Below are positions 50,083 through 59,808 of a stretch of 64,000 nt of DNA, one piece after another. Made by a program: the position numbers and the translations under genes. Source of the stretch: Candidatus Spongiisociaceae bacterium (lineage in GTDB: Bacteria; Actinomycetota; Acidimicrobiia; Spongiisociales; Spongiisociaceae); NCBI GenBank assembly GCA_965202675.1, contig OZ241842.1, positions 2,098,918 to 2,162,917 on the forward strand, written 5' to 3'. Each line of letters begins with the position of its first letter. The stretch's first letter is position 1. The notes below the pieces were generated by a model. That model searched no databases. It saw only the letters and a program-made list of their open reading frames with translations, and had not been told where the DNA came from.

Positions 50083-50245
50083 ACCCCATTAGTTATCGCT
50101 GGACGTGGATGTACACCCGATCCATAGACCGGCGAAGCTACACGGAGACTCGGTAGGCATCCCGGGTAGGATACAGCAAGGGCGATTACCGTCGTCTTCC
50201 TGAGATAGGCGGCTCCTGTTCGGGTTTGTTTCTATAGGAGGGCGG

Positions 50246-51436
50246 TCAGGCGGCGGCGATAGCCTCCGCGATCCATGCGTCTACCTGGTCCTGATTTCTG
50301 GCGATCCACTCAGTTACCAGTTCGCCGAGGTCCGCCCCGTTCTCCTGTTCGACGATTTGCAGTGATACATCCACGATGTTCAGTTTCATGACTTCGAACA
50401 ACTTGGCGGCGGCCGGGTTCTCGGCCAGGAAGTCATGGCGGGCTGATACCAGGATGTCGGCCACCACCCAACCGAGCCGGCAGGTTCCCTGCTCGGCGGC
50501 GGCGGGGCATTCTTCGGGGCCGATTTCAGCGGTGCCGGGCCTCTGGTCCCATTCCTCGCCTCCCTCTCGGCCGAGGGGGTTGGAATTGTCGATGACTTCC
50601 TCGACCCCCACCCAGACCACGTTGTCGCCCGGACGGAGCTGGGTGATGTACGAGCTCGGCGCCCATGTGTAGGCGACCATCGGCTCGCTGGCGCTTGCCT
50701 TGGCGATGGCTTCGGCCATCATGGCATCGTATCCGGCCAGTATCTGCTGGATGTTTTCCCAGCCGGAGAAGGCGATCTGGCTCTCGATCACGTCGTCGCA
50801 GGTCCAGCTCTCCGGACATCCGTATATATCCGCTATGCCGTTGCCGGGGTTGGCGTCGTCTGCATCGTATGCGGCGAGAGCCTCGGGGTTGTTGTTCAGG
50901 TCGTCAAGAGTGTTGATTCCGAACTCCTCGGCGAACGGCTTGGTGATCAGGTATCCCTGCAAAGCGCTTTTGGCCAACAAGCCGCCGACCCGACCGACGT
51001 GCTCTCCGACCAAGGAGCCGTCAGCCGTTTCATGTTTTAGCCAGCTGTTATGGAGGGGATACCAGCTGTTTGCCCAGAAATCGACATCACCCTGGGCCAT
51101 AGCCAGGTAGGCCAGCGACGGTCCCAGCTCGGCGTCGGCCGGGTCGCTCACCTCGTACCCCAGCATCTGCATGAGCCGGTGCACCAGCTCGGCCTGGAAG
51201 TAGCCGGTCGCCCAATTGGCGCGGGCCATGGTGACGCTGACGCCTTCACCCGGGAGCGTTTCTTCCGTCATGGTGGTGGAGGTCTCCATCAGGGCGGTTG
51301 TCGTTGTTGATGGGGAGGCGGTAGTGGTGGTGATGCGCGATGTGGTGGTTGATGTATCGGCGCTGTTGCCGTCGCTGCAGGCCGCAACCAGCAGAGCAAA
51401 CACCATCGCCGCGATAAGCCTCTGGCTTAGTTTCAT
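50246..51436 (-). CDS. proX: Glycine betaine/proline ABC transporter substrate-binding lipoprotein (1)
   Basis: Lipobox LVAAC, MARANWATGYFQAE, YGCPESWTCD, YTWAPS. Confidence 0.88.
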   Translation of the reverse strand: MKLSQRLIAAMVFALLVAACSDGNSADTSTTTSRITTTTASPSTTTTALMETSTTMTEETLPGEGVSVTMARANWATGYFQAELVHRLMQMLGYEVSDPADAELGPSLAYLAMAQGDVDFWANSWYPLHNSWLKHETADGSLVGEHVGRVGGLLAKSALQGYLITKPFAEEFGINTLDDLNNNPEALAAYDADDANPGNGIADIYGCPESWTCDDVIESQIAFSGWENIQQILAGYDAMMAEAIAKASASEPMVAYTWAPSSYITQLRPGDNVVWVGVEEVIDNSNPLGREGGEEWDQRPGTAEIGPEECPAAAEQGTCRLGWVVADILVSARHDFLAENPAAAKLFEVMKLNIVDVSLQIVEQENGADLGELVTEWIARNQDQVDAWIAEAIAAA

Positions 51437-51555
51437 GTTGGTTCCCCTCGGCTTGTTGACTTGGTATCCAATATAACAGACGGCACTCTATTTAATGAGC
51501 CCCCAGGTTTGATCGGTTAGAACTCGCAGGCGCGTCGAGAGGACCGGTTGAATAA

Positions 51556-51585
51556 GTGAAGGGGCGCCCGGCGGCGCCCCTTCAC
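51556..51585 (-). terminator. Intrinsic terminator-like hairpin after proX (2)
   Basis: 13-bp perfect stem GTGAAGGGGCGCC/GGCGCCCCTTCAC, 4-nt loop, followed by TTATT on the minus strand. Confidence 0.7.
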
Positions 51586-51605
51586 GCAGTTCGGGCGGTG
51601 GTTTA

Positions 51606-52811
51606 TCAGGCGGCGGCCATCGCCTCTGTGATCCACGCGTCGACCTTGTCCTGGTTGTCGGCGATCCATTGGGTTACGAGGCCGCCGATATCCGCTCCGC
51701 CGTCTTGTTCGACGATCTGGAGGGATACGTCTACGACGTTCAGCTCCATGATCTCGAGCAGTTTGGCAGCGGCCGGATTCTCGTCCAGGAAATCATTGCG
51801 GGCCGAAGCCAGGATGTCGGCGGCGACCCAGCCGAGCTGGCAGATTCCCCGCTCCGCGGCGTCGGGGCACGACTCGGCGCCGATCGCGGCGGTGCCGGGC
51901 CTCTGATCCCATGCTTCTCCGCCTTCGCGGCCGAGGGGGTTGGAGTCGTCGACGACTTCCTCGACCCCCACCCAGACCACGTTGTCGCCCGGACGGAGTT
52001 GGGTGATGTACGAGCTCGGCGTCCATGTGTAGGCGACCATCGGCTCGCCGGCGTCTGCCTTGGCGATGGCCTCGGCAAGCATGGCATCGTAGCCGGCCAG
52101 TACCTGCTGGATGTTTTCCCAGCCGGAGAAGGCGATCTGGCTGGCGAGGATGTCGTCGCAGGTCCAGCTCTCCGGGCATCCGTAGATATCGGCTATGCCG
52201 TTGCCGGGGTTGGCGTCGTCGGCGTCGTAAGCGGCGATGGCGTCGGCGTTGCTGTTCAGATCATCGAGTGTGTTGATCCCGTACTGCTCGGCGAAGGACT
52301 TGGTGATCAACAACCCCTGTAGTCCGCCTGCGGTCATCAGATTGCCGACCGCCCTGACATGGTCACCTACCTGGGAGCCGTCCGGCATTTCGGCCTCGAG
52401 CCAGCTGTTGTGGCCCGGATACCAGCTGTTGACCCAGAAATCGGCGTCACCCTGCGCCATCGCCAGATAGGCCAGCGACGGTCCCAGCTCGACGTCGGCC
52501 GGGTCGCTCACCTCGTATCCCAGCATCTGCATGAGCTGACGCGCCAGCTCGGCCTGGAAGTAGCCGGTCGACCAGTTGGCGCGGGCCATGGTGACGCTGA
52601 CGCCCTCACCCGGGAGCATTGGTTCCTCCATCATGGTGGTGGTCGTTTCCTCCATTGTGGTGGTGGTCGTGGTCTCCTCCATCATGGTGGTCGTCGTGGA
52701 CGGGGCGGCGGCTTGTGTCGTCGATGGCTCGTCGCTGCCGTTGCCTCCACAGGCCGCGGCCAGCAGAGCGAACACCGCCAACACCGACATGATCCTCTTA
52801 CTGTGTCTCAT
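51606..52811 (-). CDS. proX: Glycine betaine/proline ABC transporter substrate-binding lipoprotein (2)
   Basis: Lipobox LAAAC; close paralog of 50246-51436. Confidence 0.88.
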   Translation of the reverse strand: MRHSKRIMSVLAVFALLAAACGGNGSDEPSTTQAAAPSTTTTMMEETTTTTTMEETTTTMMEEPMLPGEGVSVTMARANWSTGYFQAELARQLMQMLGYEVSDPADVELGPSLAYLAMAQGDADFWVNSWYPGHNSWLEAEMPDGSQVGDHVRAVGNLMTAGGLQGLLITKSFAEQYGINTLDDLNSNADAIAAYDADDANPGNGIADIYGCPESWTCDDILASQIAFSGWENIQQVLAGYDAMLAEAIAKADAGEPMVAYTWTPSSYITQLRPGDNVVWVGVEEVVDDSNPLGREGGEAWDQRPGTAAIGAESCPDAAERGICQLGWVAADILASARNDFLDENPAAAKLLEIMELNVVDVSLQIVEQDGGADIGGLVTQWIADNQDKVDAWITEAMAAA

Positions 52812-52887
52812 GGTTGATGTCCTTCTTTCCGTTTGGTCCCGGTGAAGGGACCCTAGCTAGAGATTGAATTATCGTTTGAGCCGGTGC

Positions 52888-55047
52888 TCATCCGGCCTTT
52901 CTATCTGTTCCGCCGACAGGCCCGCCTGCCGGGTTGGCAACCAAGGTGAGGGGATCGCTGTAAACCCTGGCGCGCCTGTACTCCCTTAGAACCGCCATAG
53001 TAGAGGCCAGGATGGATATCCCGCCGATCAGAGCCAGGAAGGAGCCTACTCCGCTCACAAAGCTGGGGTGGCCGGAGCGCACATGGGTGAGTATCCACGC
53101 GAGGGCGATGCCGGCAATTCCCCCTCCGATACCGGCGGCGGCGGCGCTCCACCGCCATCTCCGCTGCTCACCGCCGCCCAATACACCCGCGGCGGGAAGA
53201 CCGGCAAGGGCGGCAACCAGACCTGCCGCCAAAGCCCAGAGGCCGAGCCGGGCGCCGCGGGTGCTGATCCCATCAATTTTGATCTCCTCCCGGGCGGATG
53301 TCCGCAAGTCCAGTACTTTGGCGCCGATCGCCGCTCTTTCATCAGGGTATTCATCCGCCCTCCGCTCGAGCTCCTCGATCTCCGCTTGGATATCCGGCGG
53401 TATTTCGGTATCTCCCCGGTCTTCGATGCTCCAGACGGAGAAAAGGCCGATCAGCAGGACAAGAGCGGCGGCTATGTTCCCTATCAAACTGCCCCAGCTG
53501 ATCCCGGACGGCAGAGGGTGGAGGGGCTTGTGATCCGCAACCCTTATCCATAGCACCGCTCCGACCGCGGCTATCAGCCCTCCCGCTATTGCCGTATACA
53601 CCCCGACGCCTTGACCGGGATCAACTGCTCCGGTCACATTGGAATCGCTCATCGGACTGGCCAAGAAGTGCGAGGCGGCCACGATCAGCGCGGCGAAGGA
53701 GGCGATGACCGCCCCGTCAGGGGCCAGCCATCGCGGTGCCCGGCCGGGCCGGGATGCGCCGGCTGCTGCCAGCACCGCGAACAATCCGAGCGCCAGCACC
53801 GTGATACCGAACCAGGATCCTCCGGAGGCCGCCAGCCCGTTGAAAACCTGACCCACCAGCTCGCCGTTGAGGGAGGCGTCAGCCCATCTGCTCCACGCGC
53901 TCATCTTGCCCGCGTTCGATGTCCAGGGGAGAAAGACAGATACAATGGCTGTCAGGCCCCCTGTTAGGGTCAACGCTATAGGAAGGCGCTCGGCGTCGAC
54001 AATAGGTGCATAGGTAATTTCGGTCTCTTTGTGTTCTACAACTGCTGAGGCATCCTGGCTGGGAATCAGCATCTCGGGGTCGCGCCGATGCTTCCATGCC
54101 AACTGGATGCGTTTCAGCAGGCTGCGCCTTTCGGCCTCTTCACGCTGGGATATCCGGTCGAGGATCACCGCCAGCAGGAAGAAGGCAAGCCCCCCGGACG
54201 CACCTAGGCCGACATCCTGGTTGTTGATTGCTCGAAAAAGCAACGCTCCGTAACCACCGGCGCCCATCAGTCCTGCTATTCCGAGCATCGAGATGGCTAA
54301 CAACAGGGTTTGGTTGATGCCGGTCATTATGGCAGGCCGCGCCAGTGGGATCTGAACGTCGAAGAGCACCCGGCTCTCCGAGGCGCCGTAAGCGCGGGCG
54401 GCTTCTACCACGTCGGGCGGTACCTGGCGGATTCCGAGGTTGGTGAGGCGGATCAGGGGAGGAATGGCGAACACCATGGTCACCATCGTGGCCGAAACCT
54501 CGCCGATGCCAAAGAACCAGATGAACGGCAACATGTACACAAACGAATGGACTACCTGCATGGCGTCGAGAATGGGTCGGCTTACCTTCCAGATCCCATC
54601 TATCCGTCCACAGGCGATGCCGATCGGAATCCCGATCACCACACTCAGCAATACGGCCACCCCGATGAAGCCGAGTGTATCAGTCGTCGCCGTCCAGTAG
54701 CCCTCCCCCATGAGTCCGCAGACCGTCAGGGACACCGCGACGAAGGCGGCCACCTTGAGGTTGCGGACCAGCCAGGCGATCAGCGCTATCGCCAGTACCA
54801 CCCAAATCCAAGGGATATCCCTCAAGATATCCCTGACGACTGTACGGATCAGAAAATCAAAGGGCCATTCCATTATATTGAGCACCGGGCCGGCCTCGTT
54901 GTAGATCCAGCGGGCGCTCTGCTTCATCCAGTCGCCGAACGGTATCCGCCACTGGTCGAGGAAACGGTTGTCCAGGAAGCCTAGATTCTCGGCGTCTCCC
55001 TCAGCCCCTTGGGCGAGGAAGACGCCGGCTTGATGCAGGAAGCTCAT
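52888..55047 (-). CDS. proW: ProW-type permease with long C-terminal membrane extension (1)
   Basis: PILDAMQ, PPLIRLTNLGIRQVP, EAARAYGAS (EAA loop), GINQTLLLA; about 400 extra aa. Confidence 0.85.
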   Translation of the reverse strand: MSFLHQAGVFLAQGAEGDAENLGFLDNRFLDQWRIPFGDWMKQSARWIYNEAGPVLNIMEWPFDFLIRTVVRDILRDIPWIWVVLAIALIAWLVRNLKVAAFVAVSLTVCGLMGEGYWTATTDTLGFIGVAVLLSVVIGIPIGIACGRIDGIWKVSRPILDAMQVVHSFVYMLPFIWFFGIGEVSATMVTMVFAIPPLIRLTNLGIRQVPPDVVEAARAYGASESRVLFDVQIPLARPAIMTGINQTLLLAISMLGIAGLMGAGGYGALLFRAINNQDVGLGASGGLAFFLLAVILDRISQREEAERRSLLKRIQLAWKHRRDPEMLIPSQDASAVVEHKETEITYAPIVDAERLPIALTLTGGLTAIVSVFLPWTSNAGKMSAWSRWADASLNGELVGQVFNGLAASGGSWFGITVLALGLFAVLAAAGASRPGRAPRWLAPDGAVIASFAALIVAASHFLASPMSDSNVTGAVDPGQGVGVYTAIAGGLIAAVGAVLWIRVADHKPLHPLPSGISWGSLIGNIAAALVLLIGLFSVWSIEDRGDTEIPPDIQAEIEELERRADEYPDERAAIGAKVLDLRTSAREEIKIDGISTRGARLGLWALAAGLVAALAGLPAAGVLGGGEQRRWRWSAAAAGIGGGIAGIALAWILTHVRSGHPSFVSGVGSFLALIGGISILASTMAVLREYRRARVYSDPLTLVANPAGGPVGGTDRKAG

Positions 55048-55222
55048 CGGCGCTTCATCTGACTCTCCTCGCGGGTCATGGAAGAGGATACTCCATTCAA
55101 CGGGCCGCCTCCTCCGGCTCGACCCTGGCCGCCGACCAAGCGGTCTTTCGCGCCTCAGGCGGCCGGGAGCAACTCAGATCGCGGCCAGCCCCTACCCGGA
55201 CAACGGCCGGGTGAAAGGATGG

Positions 55223-55255
55223 GGGAAGGGGCGCCCGTACCGGGTGCCCCTTCCC
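55223..55255 (-). terminator. Hairpin after proX (3)
   Basis: Stem GGGAAGGGGCGCCC/GGGTGCCCCTTCCC, related to the 51556 hairpin. Confidence 0.6.
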
Positions 55256-55280
55256 TCTCCACAAGGGCCGGACGAAACGC

Positions 55281-57599
55281 TTATCCGGCGACGCGGGCCG
55301 CGAGCAGCCAGGAATTGGCCAGATCGCGGTTGTTTGCGATCCAGGCGGCGGCGTGGTCTCGTACGTCGGCTTCGCTGTCCTCGCCGAGGCTGTACCGCAC
55401 GTTCTGTAGGGCTACGTCTACCGGGCTGATGGTGAACAGCTCGAGCAGACGCGCCGCGGCCGGGTTGGCGGCCAGGAAGTCGTTGTTGGCGACCACCCGG
55501 ATGTCGGCGGCGTCCCAACCCAGGTTGCAAGGCGTGGCCGAGCACTGGTCTTTCCCGAGAACGGCCGGTCCCCCCACCTGGGTGGGTGAAACCGATTCCT
55601 CGGAGGTGGACAGCCAGACGGCGTTGTCGCCGGGCCGCAGGTCGCCCACGTAGGCGCTGGGCGCCCAGGTGTAGACCAGGTAGGCCTCGCCGGCGGCGTC
55701 GCGGCTGATGGCGTCGGCGATCAGGGCGTCGTAGGAACCCACCGGCAACTGCTCGATGTTCTCCCAGCCGGCGTTGGCGATCCACGAGTTGATGTTGTCG
55801 TGGCATCCCCACCCTTCGGGGCATCCCAACAGCTGGATCACCCCGTCGTCGGGAGTGCTGTCATCGGCGTCGTAGAGGGCGAACAGAGCCGGATCGTTGA
55901 CGATCTGGTCGAGCGTGGCGATGCCGTGCTCTTCGGTCAGGCTCTTGTTGGTCAAGATGCCTTGCAGACCGCCGGTCCGCATCTCGAACCCGATGGAGGT
56001 TACGTGGTCGCTGACCAGGGACCCGTCGGGCATGGCGCCCGCCACGAAGCTGTTGTGGTTGGGGAACCAGCCGTTGGGCCAGAAGTCGAACTCGCCGTTG
56101 GCCATCGCTACATAGGCGTTGGACGGCGCCAGTTCCAGATCGGACGGATCGCTCACCTCGTAGCCGAGCTCTTCCAGCAGAGCCGCAAAGATAGCCGCCT
56201 GCATATAACCGGTAGACCAGTTAGCCCGCGCCATCGTCACGCTGACGCCCGCGCCCGGCGTCGGGTTCGGCGGCACCTGGGCGACTGCCAGCCATTCGTC
56301 GACGGTAGACCGGTTGTTTGCGATCCAGGCGGCGGCGTGGTCTCGTACGTCGGCTTCGCTGTCCTCGCCGAGGCTGTACCGCACGTTCTGTAGGGCTACG
56401 TCTACCGGGCTGATGGTGAACAGCTCGAGCAGACGCGCCGCGGCCGGGTTGGCGGCCAGGAAGTCGTTGTTGGCGACCACCCGGATGTCGGCGGCGTCCC
56501 AACCCAGGTTGCAAGGCGTGGCCGAGCACTGGTCTTTCCCGAGAACGGCCGGTCCCCCCACCTGGGTGGGTGAAACCGATTCCTCGGAGGTGGACAGCCA
56601 GACGGCGTTGTCGCCGGGCCGCAGGTCGCCCACGTAGGCGCTGGGCGCCCAGGTGTAGACCAGGTAGGCCTCGCCGGCGGCGTCGCGGCTGATGGCGTCG
56701 GCGATCAGGGCGTCGTAGGAACCCACCGGCAACTGCTCGATGTTCTCCCAGCCGGCGTTGGCGATCCACGAGTTGATGTTGTCGTGGCATCCCCACCCTT
56801 CGGGGCATCCCAACAGCTGGATCACCCCGTCGTCGGGAGTGCTGTCATCGGCGTCGTAGAGGGCGAACAGAGCCGGATCGTTGACGATCTGGTCGAGCGT
56901 GGCGATGCCGTGCTCTTCGGTCAGGCTCTTGTTGGTCAAGATGCCTTGCAGACCGCCGGTCCGCATCTCGAACCCGATGGAGGTTACGTGGTCGCTGACC
57001 AGGGACCCGTCGGGCATGGCGCCCGCCACGAAGCTGTTGTGGTTGGGGAACCAGCCGTTGGGCCAGAAGTCGAACTCGCCGTTGGCCATCGCTACATAGG
57101 CGTTGGACGGCGCCAGTTCCAGATCGGACGGATCGCTCACCTCGTAGCCGAGCTCTTCCAGCAGAGCCGCAAAGATAGCCGCCTGCATATAACCGGTAGA
57201 CCAGTTAGCCCGCGCCATCGTCACCGACACGCCGTCGCCGGGGCGGGCGGTGGCCGCCGCAACGGCTTCCTGGGCTTCCTCCAGGTCCTGCAGGGCTTGC
57301 GCTACGGCCGCCTCGGCCGCGGCCCTGATCTCTTCCAGCGCCTCCTGGGCCTCCGCGTCGCTGGCGGCGGCGGCCGCTTCGGCGGCCGCTTCGGCGTCTG
57401 CCAGGGCCTCCCGGGCCGCTTCCAGCTCGGCCCGGGCTGCCTCGGCCTCGGCCCGGGCTTCCTCGGCGGCGCTGGTGTCTATGATCGTGACCGGCGCAGC
57501 AGTGGTGGTCGGGGCGTCATCTGCGGTGCTGCCGCAGGCCGCCGCCAGCAACCCCAGCACGGCCAGCCCCGCGATCGCGGTTCTTGTTCTTCTCGTCAT
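55281..57599 (-). CDS. proX: Substrate-binding lipoprotein with two identical ProX-like domains
   Basis: Lipobox LAAAC, Ala/Glu coiled coil, then the MARANWSTGY... domain twice. Confidence 0.88.
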   Translation of the reverse strand: MTRRTRTAIAGLAVLGLLAAACGSTADDAPTTTAAPVTIIDTSAAEEARAEAEAARAELEAAREALADAEAAAEAAAAASDAEAQEALEEIRAAAEAAVAQALQDLEEAQEAVAAATARPGDGVSVTMARANWSTGYMQAAIFAALLEELGYEVSDPSDLELAPSNAYVAMANGEFDFWPNGWFPNHNSFVAGAMPDGSLVSDHVTSIGFEMRTGGLQGILTNKSLTEEHGIATLDQIVNDPALFALYDADDSTPDDGVIQLLGCPEGWGCHDNINSWIANAGWENIEQLPVGSYDALIADAISRDAAGEAYLVYTWAPSAYVGDLRPGDNAVWLSTSEESVSPTQVGGPAVLGKDQCSATPCNLGWDAADIRVVANNDFLAANPAAARLLELFTISPVDVALQNVRYSLGEDSEADVRDHAAAWIANNRSTVDEWLAVAQVPPNPTPGAGVSVTMARANWSTGYMQAAIFAALLEELGYEVSDPSDLELAPSNAYVAMANGEFDFWPNGWFPNHNSFVAGAMPDGSLVSDHVTSIGFEMRTGGLQGILTNKSLTEEHGIATLDQIVNDPALFALYDADDSTPDDGVIQLLGCPEGWGCHDNINSWIANAGWENIEQLPVGSYDALIADAISRDAAGEAYLVYTWAPSAYVGDLRPGDNAVWLSTSEESVSPTQVGGPAVLGKDQCSATPCNLGWDAADIRVVANNDFLAANPAAARLLELFTISPVDVALQNVRYSLGEDSEADVRDHAAAWIANNRDLANSWLLAARVAG
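55327..57224. repeat. 914-bp direct repeat (55327-56240 and 56311-57224), period 984 bp
   Basis: The two units appear base-for-base identical by eye, separated by a unique 70-bp in-frame linker. Confidence 0.93.
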
Positions 57600-57707
57600 C
57601 GGAATCGACCTCCTTGTTGCTCCCTTGCCCTTTTCTCTGTCCAGGGTAACCCGTCTCTGTTCAGGGTAACCCGGCCGGGCACCCTATGGGCCATTTTTCG
57701 GCGGCCC

Positions 57708-59795
57708 CTATCTGGGATCATCAGCGTAAACCTTCGCCCGCCGGAACTCTCTTATAACCCTTCGTGAGGACATGAACAGGAAGAACCCGGCCATCAGGCA
57801 CAGGAACGCCCCCGGTCCACTCGAGAAGTTGGGGTCGGACACCCGCACCAGAGAGGCGATCCATCCACCCGATACCAGCATGATTCCCCCCCCGAGAGCT
57901 GCGGCCAAAAGGTTCCAACGCCAGCGCCGCCGCTCGTCGTAGCCGAACAGCCCCACCGCCGGCAGGGTGGCCAGGAACCCCGCGATCCCCATGCTCAGCG
58001 CCAGCCAGCCGAACCGGGTTCCGGTTGCGGTGAAACCGTCGGTGTGGACCGACTGCTGCCGTCGGGCGGCGGCCGTGGTCCCGATAGTGACGGCTTGCGC
58101 GGCGGTGCCCTGCTGGTTTCCCAGGTCCTCCTCTAGTTGATCGATCTCGGCCAGCATCTCCTGGGCCGACACCCGTCCGTCCACCGACCAGGACGACACA
58201 CCGGCTACCACCAGCATGACCCCCGCGATGGCCGCCGCGGCGATGATGCGCACAACCGAGATGCGGTTCGCCAAGGGGCGGCCCGGGCTGTACGGGGCGT
58301 TTTTGATCCAGACGGCTGCCCCGGCGAGGCATACCAGCCCGGCGGCCAACGCCGTCCACGCTCCGGCCCCGTCGGCGTAGGCCGCCGCCTCGGCGGCGGG
58401 TTTGAGCCACAGGTAGGCGCCGGCCGCCGCCGCTAAGCCCGCCGAGGCGAGGAAGGCTCCGTCGGCCCCGAACCAGCGGGCGACCCGGCCCGGTCTGAGG
58501 AGGGTGGTGAGGGCGGCGCCCAGGATCACGAGGCACATTCCCAGGACAGCGACGCCGTAGAAGCTTCCTCCTTCGGCGGCCAGTCCTCCGAAGGACTGCC
58601 CGGCCAGGTTCAGATCCGCCTGCCGGCCGTATCCCGATACCAGGCCCGATTCCCGTCCCCACGGCAGGAAAAGCGACACCAGGGCGAGCCCCGCTCCGGC
58701 CAAGGCGATTACCGCCCCGGTCCGCTCGGCTTTTTCCACCGGGGCCAGGACGCCGTCTTTGTGTTCTTCTTCTTCCTTCGCCTGCGCCGCCTCGGCCCGG
58801 TCGGCTTCGATCTCCTCGAGGAGCGCGGCGGGGTCGCGTCGGTGCACCCAGGCCTGGCGGATGCGGGCGAACAGGCCGATCCGTCCGGGTTCGGTCTGGG
58901 AGATGCGGTCCAGCACCACCGCCACGATGAACAGGGCCAGCCCCGACGCGGACGACAGGGGGGTGTTGAGGTTGGTGAGCGCCCGGAATACCAGAAGGCC
59001 CAGCCCGCTGGCCCCCATGATGGCCGCGACCCCCAGCATGGAGATGGACAGCAACAGGGTTTGGTTGAGGCCGGTCATGATGGCGGGGCGGGCCAAGGGC
59101 AGCTGCACGTCGAACAGCACCCGCCACTCCGAGGCTCCGTAGGCGCGGCTGGCCTCCACCACATCGGCGGGCACTTGGCGGATTCCCAGATTGGTGAGGC
59201 GGATCAAGGGGGGGATCGAGAACACCATAATCACCATGGTGGCCGGCTCCGATCCGAGGCCGAAGAAGAAAATGACCGGGATCAGGTAGACGAAGGCGTG
59301 CACTACTTGCATGGCGTCGAGGGCAGGGCGCACCGCCTTCCACACCCCGTCGAAGCGGCCGCACAGCACTCCCAGAGGGATGCCGATGATGGTGCACATG
59401 ACCACCGACACCACGATCAGGCCGATGGTGATGGCGGTCTCTTCCCAGAACTCGTTGCCCAGCAGCCCGCATCCGGCCAGTATCAGCGACAGGCCTATAC
59501 CTACCCGCAGGTTGCGGGTGACAGCCGCCACCACCAGCACGATGCCGCACACCAGCACCCAGGGCATGTCGGTGATCTCCCACCAGGGGTGGTATTCGGG
59601 TCCGACCACGAAGTTGCGGAACAGCAGCGAGAAGGGCCATTTGATGACGTCGAGCACCGGTTTGAGGTTGAGGGTGATCCAATTTATCATGATGGTGATC
59701 CATTCCCCGAAGGGGATCTCCCAGCTGTCGAGGACCGCGTTGTTCCAGAAGGGGATGGACTCCTCGGCGGGGGCGGTCTGGGCGAGCCGGATCAT
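57708..59795 (-). CDS. proW: ProW-type permease with long C-terminal membrane extension (2)
   Basis: PALDAMQ, PPLIRLTNLGIRQVP, EASRAYGAS, GLNQTLLLS; extension paralogous to 52888-55047. Confidence 0.85.
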   Translation of the reverse strand: MIRLAQTAPAEESIPFWNNAVLDSWEIPFGEWITIMINWITLNLKPVLDVIKWPFSLLFRNFVVGPEYHPWWEITDMPWVLVCGIVLVVAAVTRNLRVGIGLSLILAGCGLLGNEFWEETAITIGLIVVSVVMCTIIGIPLGVLCGRFDGVWKAVRPALDAMQVVHAFVYLIPVIFFFGLGSEPATMVIMVFSIPPLIRLTNLGIRQVPADVVEASRAYGASEWRVLFDVQLPLARPAIMTGLNQTLLLSISMLGVAAIMGASGLGLLVFRALTNLNTPLSSASGLALFIVAVVLDRISQTEPGRIGLFARIRQAWVHRRDPAALLEEIEADRAEAAQAKEEEEHKDGVLAPVEKAERTGAVIALAGAGLALVSLFLPWGRESGLVSGYGRQADLNLAGQSFGGLAAEGGSFYGVAVLGMCLVILGAALTTLLRPGRVARWFGADGAFLASAGLAAAAGAYLWLKPAAEAAAYADGAGAWTALAAGLVCLAGAAVWIKNAPYSPGRPLANRISVVRIIAAAAIAGVMLVVAGVSSWSVDGRVSAQEMLAEIDQLEEDLGNQQGTAAQAVTIGTTAAARRQQSVHTDGFTATGTRFGWLALSMGIAGFLATLPAVGLFGYDERRRWRWNLLAAALGGGIMLVSGGWIASLVRVSDPNFSSGPGAFLCLMAGFFLFMSSRRVIREFRRAKVYADDPR

Positions 59796-59808
59796 GGGCG
59801 GTTCCGCC

